DNA from: Neodothiora populina
Taxonomy: Eukaryota
Length of the DNA stretch: 37,028 bases
Assembly: GCF_041146345.1 (NCBI RefSeq)
Contig: NW_027191405.1
Coordinates: 1,984,001 to 2,021,028, forward strand
Direction: 5' to 3'
The notes below the pieces were generated by a model that was not told the origin of the DNA, searched no databases, and worked only from the letters and a program-made list of their open reading frames with translations. This document shows, in pieces, positions 22,502 through 34,380 of this stretch (the stretch's first letter is position 1; the number at the start of each line of letters is the position of its first letter). The position numbers and the translations under genes were made by a program.

Positions 22502-23733
22502 CTACTTTAATACATGCTCCTTTACTTTATAGAGGCTCCTATCAATCCACCTCCCAAGAGCAGTCGGTTCAGGCTTCTTAGTCTCTGGAAGTCTCGTGCT
22601 TGCCTGACTATCTGACGCAGGCTGTCCGAGCCCCGAGATAGCCAGATCTCGGTCCTTAGATACACGAACAGCCAGGACTAAAGGTTTCACGAGCAAGACC
22701 TTGTCCTGTCCTTCAATCCTTGCCAACCCCGGATACAGCTCATATTCTGCCTTACCAACCTCCGCAGTTTTGAGGAGTTTCCAGGAAGAAATGTCTCTAT
22801 ACTCAGCGGTATCCAGAGATTGTGCGGTATCTGCAATTGAATCGACAGGTGCGTTCTGTATCTGATATTGGAAGGTAGATAGGCTCATTGACTGATGGAG
22901 CTTGACTGCTGCGGCAATTACTCTCTCCGAAAATTCAGTGATAAAGCTGGCCTCTGTATTGAGCGCAGGGAGCCAATGCGATAAGATCCGCTGCAGTTGA
23001 TTTGACAGCCTCCTCTCCTCATTCTTCTGCCTCTTCCTGAATTTCTGGGAATTTATGAGGAAGATGATTGTGCGAAGCCTCCACTGATCAACCAAGGCCT
23101 TATCTAAATTGTCACGAATAAGTTTGGTTCCCTGTCTTCAACCAAAAAAAAGATCTTATACTTGCTGTCGGGTAGATTGTGATTCATTGATTCCGTCACT
23201 TCTTCGATCACATGACTTTGCGGACCTGTGAAGCCCAGGGGATATGGGAAAACAAATATTTTGTTCAGTAGGAATGTGATGATAACCTGGGATGTTGTGT
23301 AATAACCACAAGTCCCTAATCGCTTGACATGATTCAACCAGTCGGAAAACTCACTCTGACTAGCAAAGTGTTCCTGGAGTCCTAATTGTGCAATTCTGCA
23401 ATCTTTCGAAGATCTCTGACCTGGCTGGCTTAGGAGATCCACGTCTCCATCGTGCAGGGCGCGCCAGACCCAATCATCGATTTCGTTGAGAATCCAGTGA
23501 TAATCCGTCCTGAGCGCTGTTTCAGACACCTGCTGGTCCTTATGGAGTAATGCAAAAAGCTGTGCTTTGCAGTCTTCGATGTCATTCAGCAAACTCTGGT
23601 TCACGCTGCTCAATTCCTCAATGTCTTGCTGCAAAGCATGGACGTCGTCTTCTGTACGCCCAGCCGTATCCCCTTGAGTGATTGAAGATCGGGATGGTGA
23701 ATCAACCATCTGGGGCTGAAAATAATCCATCAT
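22502..23733 (-). CDS. Uncharacterised protein with N-terminal coiled coil (about 390 aa, probably 2 exons), divergent from the Hsp70-like gene
   Basis: Two adjacent same-strand ORFs (209 and 197 aa); heptad-like VHALQQDIEELSSVNQSLLNDIEDCKAQL. A putative intron 23165-23104 (GCAAGT...TAG) joins them in frame; splice sites tentative. Confidence 0.7.
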
Positions 23734-24226
23734 AGAGCGTCAGGTATGCGAGAGGGTTGGAGGCAATACATGCTCTCGATCGAAATTTGATTCAGAGAGG
23801 TACAGGAGCAGAAGCATATGGAAGGACCTAGGGAATCGCTAGCTGAGAGATCACATTTGCAGAGCGCAAGCAACGCGGCCGCACTAATGTATGCTGCATG
23901 GATGGAGTGGCGGAACACTTCCGTTCGATCACGCCACCGAGAGGGGTAACGTGGGAGTTGGGTGATATCGATTTGTGTATGCAAGACACGTACGTGGTGT
24001 CCAATGCATGTCTAATTTGATAAGCTAGAGTTCCAGAATGTGGAGATATGTGACCCAGCCTCGCTGCCTGACCTGCCCAAAATGGTCGCTCCTACGTCCA
24101 GCGATTCACCAGGTCTCAGCCTGTTTCGTGTTTGTCTTATAAGCGAGAACATAAATGTACTGGACAAGATCTACTGTCCAGCTCCAAAGAGCTTTTTATA
24201 CTCAAGGCTGCTAGAGAACTTTTAAA

Positions 24227-26449
24227 ATGCCGCGCACATCGGTATCAAGGACAAACAAGGTCGATCCAGGAAAGCTCCTAGTGGCTGTTGACTTTGGTAG
24301 CCTCTAATTGTTCAAATAACTTGCAAACTACTGATTGTTGCACCAGGAACAACATTTACAGGTGTTGCATGGCTGTATACTGGACAGGTAACAGGCAAGG
24401 CAATCATGCTTCATGGCGTTTGAACTGACTTATGGCCATCGTCACCAGCCACGGAGCACCTATCTAATGCAGCAATGGCCACACCACGCAGGGAACGATG
24501 AAAAAGTTCCAACGTGTGTCATCGCCTATGTCAAAGGCATTTCAACGATATGCTTACGACTGTATAGGGTTATTCGATATCATGAGGACGGGTCTCATCG
24601 CTGGGGTTTCCAGATAGACACTTCGGACTTGAGACACGAATGGTTCAAGCTTGGACTATGTCCCGAGGCGAACCAGACCTCTAAGCTTTCTCGACAGTAC
24701 CCCAGCAGAACAGCTCTCATCCGCTCTGAGGGCGAGGCTAATGAGAAGATTGTTATCGACTACCTGAACTGCCTCTCCAAGCACATCGACTTTGTCTTAA
24801 CCAACAGCTTGCCTGACCATCTATTGAGGAATACTAATAGAGATTTTGTCCTTACAGTTCCTGCTATGTGGTCTGATAAGGCGAAGGAGAGGATGCGGCA
24901 TTGCGCCGAAGCGGCTGGGTTAGGGTCTGGTAACAAGCTCATGTTTGTTGCAGAGCCCGAGGCTGCAGGGATGTATGCCATCAAGGAATTACCACCTGAC
25001 ACTCTCAAGGTCGGAGAGACCGTCGTCCTCTGTGATGCTGGCGGAGGGTAGGTTCCTCTGTGACTGGTAAGTGGACCAGCTTGTGCTAATATCTGAGATC
25101 ATATAGTACAGTAGACCTCATCTCTTACAGCATAGAATCTCTCACACCAGTTCCCATCGTGAGCGAAACTACTCCTGGCTCCGGCCAACTCTGCGGTAGC
25201 ATCTATCTAGACCGTATATTCGCTCAGTATCTCGAAAAAAGGTTTCGAGGTTATCCGGCATGGACGGAGGATCACCAAACTGAAGCATTAGCCAAATTTG
25301 AAACAGACCTGAAAAGAAATTATACAGGTATCGGACAGAGGCGGCCTTATATACTACCCAGGGTAGCTATAGGTCTTCCAGACAGCCACGATCTTGGGAT
25401 CCGGAGAGGCTCGCTCGAAATATCTTCCCGCGACTTGAGGGATATCTTCGCACCTGTCATATCGATGATCGTTGAGCTGGTTCGGAACCAAATCTCAGCA
25501 ACACGATCTACAGTACGTATGGTCTTGCTTGCAGGAGGATTCGGTCGTAACGAGTATCTCCGCAAGGAAGTATCACGCGCGATAAACAGCGGAATTTCAG
25601 TCAAGATTGTGCCAAATGGGTCAGTAAGGAGTTCATATATTATGGTCATTCTCGATGAAACCTTAATGGAGAGGAGAGAGGATAATGATGAGGGTACCCC
25701 CTGCTGACAAGATACAGGAATACGGCAATCGTCAGAGGAGCCCTGATAGCGGCTCTATCTGAGAAGCGTCCTCTGATCCCAACCATCCGAGTAGAGTCGA
25801 GAAAGGCTCGAAGACACTATGGGACTAGTACTTTCACCCCATTCCAGAGAGGATCCCACGATGTGACCAAAAAGTGCGCATTTATTCATGAAACTCAGTC
25901 GTTGGCAAGCATACTGATACCTCGAAACAGGGAATTGGACCCGTTCACAGGTAGAGATCGTGTTCTAGTCATGCGTTGGTTTCTCAACAAAGTAAGTCTT
26001 GCTTAGAGCCCCCTTCTCACATGATCTGGGTTTCTCACTGTAGAAGGGTGCCACGTTGAAAGAATCCGACTTCACCAATGTTCGTAGATTTCCGTTCTAT
26101 ATCGATCAACGTCAGTATCTCCTCACACCGGAGATACCCATAACGATATATGCTTGCGAGGACATCAACAACAAAGGACCACCTTTATACAGAGATAGTA
26201 GTAAGCAGCATTTATGCCATCATGAAATTGCATATATGCTAACAACTTCCAGCTGTATTCGAGCTTGCTAAACTCAAAGCAGATCTGAGTAACATTCCTA
26301 AGGCGGATCTTAATCTGGAGCAGGGTAAAGATGGCACTATGTATTACAAGATCGATTTCGAGATCGAGATGGACTGCCAACCAACTTCCGTCACATTTAC
26401 TATGCTCTACAACGGCAAGCGATATGGGACGCACCAAGAGTTGATATAG
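24227..26449 (+). CDS. Atypical Hsp70-family (HSPA12-like) actin-fold ATPase, 9 exons: 24227-24296, 24347-24387, 24449-24513, 24568-25047, 25107-25619, 25718-25873, 25931-25991, 26047-26200, 26253-26449
   Basis: Spliced motifs VAVDFG|TTFTGVAW, KVPT|VIRY, LTVPAMWS, AEPEAAG, LCDAGGG|TVDLISY, CGSIYLD, LLAGGFGRNEYL, TAIVRGAL, ARRHYG; all introns GT-AG and frame-preserving. Confidence 0.88.
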
Positions 26450-26633
26450 GCTGTATTTGAAATTTACATATAGTCGTTTACCTTCATAGGTTATTATGCT
26501 ATATGTTACAAATATACTGTCTCGGCCGGGCCTTCCTTCGTAGCACGGCACTATCCCATACTTCTACGTCGTTAGAAAACGTTATCAGCAACCAGATTAT
26601 CATAACTCTCTCACTTTGAGTGACACCTCGTAT

Positions 26634-27032
26634 CTATTTATCGTTGTCTGTTCCTTGTGATCGCGTATTGAGGTTTGGTGCTAGCGAACGAGTATTAATG
26701 TAAGGTCTCGGCGTTCGCGTGTTTATATCCGGTCCAGCTGACTGAGCACTGCTGTGCCTTGCGAGCACTGAGCGAGGTTCTCCAAGGTGCGACGAATCTC
26801 TGACATTCACATTCGGAGGCGGAGGCCGCAGAACATTTACGTTAGGAGGGCGAGGCTGTATGGTATTGATATTTGGTCCTATTGGAGAGTTCCCTCGAGA
26901 GGATGAGATTGTGGAGTCCGGAGGGCCATGAGAAGGCACTTTTCCATAGATCATCCCCAACAAGAACCCTATCAGGATCAAGCAAAGTAGGCTAACTACT
27001 ACAACGGCGATTGTGGTGTTTTGCCTCGTCAT
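26634..27032 (-). CDS. Small putative single-pass membrane protein (132 aa) with Pro/Asn-rich repeats
   Basis: ATG-initiated ORF; hydrophobic IAVVVVSLLCLILIGFLLGMIY segment followed by repeated P-N/D-(I/V/L)-N-(T/V) units. No family recognised. Confidence 0.5.
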   Translation of the reverse strand: MTRQNTTIAVVVVSLLCLILIGFLLGMIYGKVPSHGPPDSTISSSRGNSPIGPNINTIQPRPPNVNVLRPPPPNVNVRDSSHLGEPRSVLARHSSAQSAGPDINTRTPRPYINTRSLAPNLNTRSQGTDNDK

Positions 27033-29464
27033 GTCAGGCAGTTTGAGATCAGACTCTTAGCTTCCAGAGACTTAACACAAAAAGAGATGATGCCAGTCCT
27101 TTTTGACTTTCACTGGGGCATTGCGATTAAAAACCACAAAGCATTGGCCGAATTGGTAGAGGGTGACATTTGCAGTGTGCGAGAAATGTTAGGACTGATT
27201 ATCAACAGGAGCCTCACAATACTTGCCTTATCTGCACTGATGGATCCCCCACCAGGACGCAGTAGTTGCTTCTCTGATATGATGGACCTGGTCAAGGTAT
27301 ATTGGTACAACACGATGTGGACTACCATGTAGTATTGACACTGCCGCTCGTAAATAAATATGGGGCTCAACCTGCTGCAGGCAATAAATGTTGCTTGATC
27401 TTAGCCTAGATAGGCAGCTGAAAGAGGACCGTGCATATTAATTAATGCAGCGCGTTGTCGAAAGTCAATCATCCCCGCTTGATCAAGATTTCGATATCGC
27501 AGTAAGCATACCTGTTGTCAGGCAATAGTGCCACGATAGGGGTAATGTAGTACATTGCTGTTTCTTTCGAGGTGATCGAAGTATAAGAACCGCTGGAGAC
27601 TGGCTCGCAGCCACTACGCACAATCAGTTGCTGTCGACGTAGATAAAGGGATCGAAGCAGATGGCTGAACCTGACTCGCATATGGGAGCCTTGCTGGCGC
27701 GTAGACTGGGCTGAGATCAATCTTCGAGATATAGCACCAATAGAACTGATCCGCGCCTAGCTATTCCCCATTTCTTAGTAGGTTGCTGGGCCTAGCGCTC
27801 CCGTAGTATGCAGATTTCCCTGCAACATATGCTGAGCCTTGCTATGCGAGTGCATCGTCAAGCAGTGACCTCGGGTTATCCGCATAATTCACCACAGTAC
27901 AAAGTGTTTGATTACTCGTGCTGTTGCACATGAACGGCTATCACCATCTTATCAAATCACACACGTCATATATGTGCATGGAGAGGTCCGAACGCGGATT
28001 AAGGCAACGGCCTTGCCTTATGCAAGACCGACCGCCTCATTGATAATAGCGCGATTGCCGAATGTCCTGTCACAGTATAGGTTGTACGTTCTTGCATCCA
28101 GCCGTGACTCAGCTCATCCATATCTTACACGCATAATACACCGGAGACTGTAGATCCTAGCTACTATAACTTATGATGGTTCATACACGTGACTATCATG
28201 ATCGAGGAGCATCGTTGAGGTCCGCTTTGTGAACAGGATGAACAGTAATTTGTACAGTGAGATACCCCACATACGTCCGTTCGGGCCTGTCTTCAGTGTT
28301 GAACTGTTGTCTGCACTAGACTGTGACAGAATTGTGAATACGTCTTTTGTTTTGGAGGACAATATGACTGTATAGACCTCTATTGAGAATTCTGAAACTA
28401 TCTACGAACACCTGTCTCCTTGCTCAACACTTCTAGAAAGCTACATGCATTTCCGAGCTACGTGTGCTTCCGTTCCAAACTGCGCCACCCGTGATCTCCT
28501 GGCGTTTCTGCTTTTTAGACAAACCGAGAAGAAGTGAGATTCTCAGAGCTGCATTCATCAACGCGAAGTAGCCCCGATACCCTAGATGGCGACTACAAGT
28601 TGACCACAAAGCTAGACCTATAGGAGAACTCGGTACGGTTCAGTGACCTTATCAACCACTATAAAAGCAGTTCCAACGGCTAAGAGACAAACGAGGAGCT
28701 TCAGAAGCTTAGTGACCAAAGTCGGATTGCGCGGGTGTCTAGGGAAGAGCCCAACCTACCTCAGATTCTGTAAGACTATATGTGTAAGCAACCGTGTTGA
28801 TGTTGGAGTTCTAGCAGCTTTTGCGGGGCTGTGCTGTCGAGGTGACTCCTGCGCTGTCTGGTTGAAAGATATGGCTTTATTATGGGCATCATTAGGAATT
28901 CGCTCCTGTAATACTGACTATAAAGATCTAGGGTGACCCTATGCTTAAGATCAATTTTTTCGGACTCGAACAGTCCCTCAATTTCCGCTTACATAAGGTC
29001 CGCTTCTTCATAATGGACATAACGAGGAGTGATAGTCTGAAGCACTTCTAATTCCTGGGTAAAGATATATCAAGGTTCCAATAGTGAATCTTTCTAAGTT
29101 TACATGTCAGCCTGATATCTTCCGAGTCATAGGGGTGCACTCGCCGCCGCTCTTAGATCAGGTTCAATCTGGACTACTGGATTCCGGAGATTTCTCCGCA
29201 AGAATCCGCGGCCTTTGTATCTACAGGGATCTTGTGGAAAATACAGTAACGTCCGATGAAATTGATAGAAAAGCCTTTCCGCTACTGACATCCTTCATAC
29301 TATGCTTGTACTGTGGGACTATTTCAGTACGGCCATCACAATGGGTAGCGTTTTTGTGAATGGCCGCGTTTGCAAGCGAGTAGTATGTCATGGGTTCCGC
29401 TACTGATACATGTCGTATGGTGTTTTGAGTAGAGTCCTACTCGTACAGTCCAACTCTTAAGTCA

Positions 29465-29500
29465 CTACCCAGTATTCTACCCAGTATTCTACCCAGTATT
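29465..29500. repeat. Tandem repeat (CTACCCAGTATT)x3; the last copy is the left target-site duplication of the LINE
   Basis: Three perfect 12-bp units; a fourth copy at 31402-31413. Confidence 0.95.
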
Positions 29501-29520
29501 GATTGATTGATTGATTGATT
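29501..29520 (-). repeat. (GATT)5 microsatellite = (AATC)5 3' tail of the LINE
   Basis: Lies directly between the target duplication and the element 3' end. Confidence 0.9.
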
Positions 29521-31400
29521 AGTCTATCAAGCTATTCACAGTCTTATCGTCCGTATGAGCTGTCTAATGTCGTTCCCTCGTTTTCTTGTCGCCCCTTGTT
29601 CCTTAATCGCCACCCTCCTGTTGCTATGAAGGGATAGCTGCTATCCTGGTTGTCTGTTAAAGAAACCGGACCGTCGCTTTTACCATTTTCAAATTCGGTC
29701 TCCACCACTTAAGCAGGCTATTTACTAGCTAATCTGTGTGCATTTCTCTTTTCTTACTGTATTCTCCTAGTAGAAAAGATAAGTCACCTTATCTGTTCCC
29801 TGCTATCTGCTTAAGTTCTGCTTATATGCTTGTTTAGCGCTAGCACCGGAGAAGCACGTAAGCCACTATCTCGTCTTTATGCTCGTATTCGCATTTACTA
29901 CTTTCCTCGACTCCGATCTTTGCTAAATAAAATCGGAGATAAGTATAGTTCGTTCTTGCTTATACGAGAATACCCGCTTACTTAGAGTTCAGCGCTCTGT
30001 AAAGCTTAAGCGTGTGCTTGCCTAGGAGAGCTGCATCCAGCCTTTATATGTATTAACCCTATCTGTTTGTTCTTAATGTCTAAACTTCTAAATGCCTTTA
30101 TTCTGTAAGGTCTTTAATAAGGAGTGTTTAAACTACCCCGCTCTCCTTAATTCGGACGTTAGAGTTCCTAGATAGTTTCGTGCCTGTCTCTGTAGTAGTT
30201 TAAGTAGCCTGGTAAGCACATTTGTTTCCTGCATTTCCTGTATGTGCTAGTACTTAGACAAAGGTCACGTTAAGTCTACTCTGTTCGGCGTCTTAAAGCG
30301 TTTAGAGAGTGCCTTAAAGTGCTTCTCTGCCTCGCTTAGTACCGTTGCCCTTCATTATAGCTTAAAGTGCCTCTTAGCTGTTTATAACAATTATATGCTT
30401 ATAGTTCGGACTATGCAAGGTAAGAATATAATCTAACGCTATCTTTATCGCTTGTAGCTCCGCAGATAGAACCGAGCATGTCTTAGCTTATCCGATAGTC
30501 GCCTTGTTTACAACTTATAGTGTGGACGAACCGACCTTTCTTACTACTGCACACCCGCTTACCTTATTCCGCACAGAAGCGTCGGTATACACAACTACAG
30601 GCCCGTAGTTCTGTGCTGTACGTAGCTGTCTCCTTACTTCATCTATATCTGCAACGCATTAAGTGGACTGGTCTTGCTATAAAGGTGCTATTTACGGCTG
30701 TAGTAGTATTTGTGTTAAGCAGTTCTTTAAAGTATATCTCGCCTTATGCTGCCGCTAAGTCCCGTGTAGTAGGGACTACTACGTTTCTCCTTTAAATTTG
30801 ATGTAACGGATACTTGACTACGCTGGATTGTCCTCCTCTGCTATGAAGATAGTCTGCAGGTGTTTAGCTACCTTCCTTGCTAGTCTGTCTGTCACTGGTT
30901 TAAGGGAGGCTTCTGCCTCGAGGACTGCTGCTAACACTCGTTTAAAGGACCTTATTACAAGTTGGGCCCCTAGCTTCTGAACTCGCTATAGTTTATTAAT
31001 GTGTCGTTCTGTTCCCTACTTGCCTCTGCTAAACTAAGAAGACGCTGCGTAGTCCGTAGTAGGTATAATTACTGAGCGATACAGCTGCCGCATCTAGTTT
31101 AGGCGTATACTCTTTAGTCTCGCTAGCGCTAGACACTTAACTGTGGCTGCTGTCGCTACTTTCTTAATATAGCCGTCCATTTGGAGCTTTCTGTTTAAGG
31201 TGACCTTAAGGATCTTTATTTAGTCTTGGTCATGGATCTCTGTCCCGTTGAAGATTAGCGGATGTCTAGCTAGCCTTCTCTTATCCTGTCGGGTAAAGTG
31301 GACAAAACCCATCTTGTCTGCTTTGAATGTTGCTCCACTCTCTGCTGCCCACAATTCCGCTTTTAGGATAATGGTACTTTAAATTACGCGGGTGTTGTCC
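29501..31400 (-). mobile_element. 5'-truncated non-LTR retrotransposon (LINE, Tad1-like), RIP-inactivated
   Basis: Minus-strand translation gives the RT C-terminal part (WAAESGATFKADKMGFVHFTR; IKILKVTLNRKL; MRQLYRSVIIPTTDYAAS), RNase H (VYTDAS...SAELQAIKIAL...FV*VLAHTGNAGN) and a decayed C-terminal Cys/His knuckle. 3' tail (AATC)5 at 29501-29520; flanking duplication TCTACCCAGTATT at 29488-29500 and 31401-31413; many TAA/TAG at Q/W positions. Confidence 0.92.
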
Positions 31401-31421
31401 TCTACCCAGTATTCTCAATTG

Positions 31422-31534
31422 GGATCAGGCTGATCCTATTTAGACCTCCATACAAATCCATACTAAGAAATCAGGGTCTCCGAGCTGATTCCATTTACAA
31501 ATGGGGGCTGATCCTAATTACATGTAGTAATCAG
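31422..31534. repeat. Cluster of inverted ATCAG/CTGAT motifs upstream of the helicase gene
   Basis: GGATCAG-G-CTGATCC palindrome at 31422-31436; AATCAG...CTGATT at 31469-31490; CTGATCC...TACATGTA...TAATCAG at 31508-31534. Confidence 0.65.
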
Positions 31535-34320
31535 AAAATTATGAAAAAAGTGGCAGTTTGAAGCGCAGAAAAATCCATGAGTACCAATGTAAAAAGAATA
31601 TAAGATAATACAATAGTTGTGTTATTAAAAATGTTGAAAGGTTCATGATTTTGAGAGATGAAGTTCGCCCCAGATTCGGTGGCCAGTGCGTCCATCAGCC
31701 AGCATTGCGCCCATTTGAAGTATATTAATCAAATCGCGAAATCAACACGACCGACGCGTTGTAACTAGCGGAGCCAGTGATTATATTATCATCAAGCAAA
31801 ATATCCAAACAGACAACCTAGACAACCCGTTCGAAGGATCCGTAAAAAATGACCGAGTTCAGTCAATTGTTCAATCATTTTCGTGATTATCAAGTCATTA
31901 TATGCAGAACATGCCCACATGCAGTTTATCCAGACCAGGTTGAAACACATTTAGCAAAGAACCACCTAGACATACCAATACAGACACGTAAAGATATTCA
32001 AACCAACATACATCGGATGGAAAATTTAGCCCGCATCGATAAGGATGTCATTTATCCAGATTCCAAAAGCCTAGGGATAGAAGGATTACCTATATACTAG
32101 GACGGTTTGGGTTGCATTTCGGAGAGCAACGAGGGTTAGCAATGCCCATACGTTTGCCGTAATATTCGAAGCATTAAGGATCATTGTAGATTGAATCACA
32201 GGTGGGTTAACACCCAGAAGCGCGGGAGACGCAGTACAGCATCGAGAGAACAACAGTCGAATAATCGATTATAGATAGAAAATCAGAGTTGTCAACGATT
32301 TTTTGTTTAGGGCGAATGGCAGAGATATTTCAAGATCACGCAGAAAGGGCAGACATCAGAAGGTAGAGAATCGATTGTTGAACAAGGAGAGCAATTATTA
32401 GATAGACGAATTGCACAGATTAAGGAAGATAAAAAAAGAAGAGAGGTCGAAGAGCCCACGAACCGATTTGTTATTAATTTATAGTTGGAACATACAGGGT
32501 GGCAAAGTCATTTGGCCGGTTTTAAGAAAGAACAATTGAAAAGATGGATTCAACTAGCCATAGGTGAACAGGGGAATAGTGAAGAGCATGATTTCGAAGA
32601 AGGAGAGGGGGAGGTTGGATTAGCAGATGCATGTCGAGCCACTAGGAGGTTAATCCAAAAAGCTATAGAAATATGCAATCCTAAAAATGTCGACAGATCA
32701 GCATTGCATTATGTTAACAGGAAGGAGACCGGGGCCAAGTCATATAAAGAGCCGTTCGATGGACGATATAAGGTCAACACCATTCGAAAATACAGCGACA
32801 GTTAGGTGAAGTTGTTAAGGTATATTTAGCGGACCCATCGAAAGGAGGAGAGACCGTTATATATTTTGACAGCGAGTCAAGCTAAAAGCATAAGGTTGTT
32901 AATCGATTTATGTTCGGAGTATGAAGAAGAAGAAGAAGAAGAAGAGGAGGAAATAAGAAACAATGATATTCAGACAGCCGGACAGACCCCCAATTCGAGA
33001 GAAATAGGAGGTATTTCAACAAGAGCGAGACAGAGGAGGCGTGTAAAAATCAAGGAAAGAAGAGAGGCTATTAAGAACGCATGTTTGGATTTTTAGATCA
33101 CCATTTTCGACTATGAGATTAAAGACACGGAGTTTGAATGTGGAATCATCAGCGGATTGGCCATATTGGGTTCAGATTTAATAAGCACCGAATAGGCTTA
33201 AGCGGTCCATTTCACGCTGAAATTATCCGCCATTGTCACCGTTTTACGAGCGTTGATCATTTATCGAGCATTTTCAAAGCGAAGGAGAGAGGTAGACCGA
33301 TTGCAAAAGAACGGGACCCACAATGAGATGGAAGCAAGAAGGAAAGCAAGATCGATTTTCGACAGAGTGCAAATCATAGTCCACAAATTGATGATATTAA
33401 CGGATTTCGGTGGTAAGCCCGGCCCGATCGACCGCATTTTTCATATAAGAACGTACGGTTAGAGGATCCGTTACACCACCCACGTAGAAGGCAAAGTGTT
33501 ATGGCAAGATGACAAGATATTGATCGACAAGTTATGTTTCAGCATGGATGATGTCCGTTCGATGATTCAAGGATTGTTGAACGATGTCCAGACGAGTTTA
33601 TACCGAGATTTGATGTTGTTGGATTTGGACAGCATAGGCAAGGTCAAGGAAGGCACGACCCAATTACCAGCATTGGATTTGAATCAGATTTACGACAACC
33701 CAGCAGAGATGTCGAATGGATGGAATTTTTTACAAGACACCCGCAACAAGTTCAGCGTGGAGGGCAAGAGATGGTTATGGAGACGTGTGTTAGGTGAGGA
33801 CAGATTGCGAGATAATTTCATTCAACAAGGATTAGGAGAGGCCAACAGTGCCACGGATATTATTTGGAACAGTAAAGGGGTCAAGGATTACATAAGTAAG
33901 GTCAGGAAGTTCAAGGAGCAGTTATTTGTTTTAGTACATATGACAGGGGGTGGACCAGCAAGAGGACCAGAGATAGTAAGTATCCAGCATGAGAACGGAG
34001 TTGACGATCGAGGATATAGAGGTGTTTTCATTGAGGGTGGATTGGTTTCATTTGTGACGTCGTATCACAAAGGGTATAGAAAAAACAAGAAGGCCAAGAT
34101 TATTCATAGATATGTGCCACAAGAGGTTTCGGAGATTGTGGTATATTATTTATGGTTAGTTGAGCCATTAATTCGATATATCCAAATTTTAGCAGAGGAT
34201 CGAACGGATTTCAAGGCGTTTATTTGGGAGCCAGCACCAGAAGAAGATTGGAAAATAGGGGAAGACAATAACGAGAAAGAGGAAGAGGAAGACGAATTGG
34301 AAGAGGTAGATAATGAGGAA

Positions 34321-34380
34321 GGGCAAGGGCAAGGGCAAGGGCAAGGGCAATGGCAAGGGCAAGGGCAAGAGCAAGAGCAG
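34321..34380 (+). repeat. (GGGCAA)n hexamer repeat encoding a GQ tract within an acidic linker
   Basis: Five perfect GGGCAA units, then TGGCAA, GGGCAA x2, GAGCAA, GAGCAG. Confidence 0.9.

Noticed and set aside
27050..29400. Several 60-100 aa ORFs
   Set aside because: No recognisable motifs or consistent exon structure; treated as intergenic or decayed DNA. BLASTX would be needed to exclude relics.
29465..29520. Possible telomere seed or CRISPR-like array
   Set aside because: Units are contiguous with no spacers and are not TTAGGG/CCCTAA; better explained as a tandem repeat/target duplication plus LINE tail.
30520..30795. 91-aa hydrophobic plus-strand ORF
   Set aside because: Antisense to the LINE RNase H region.
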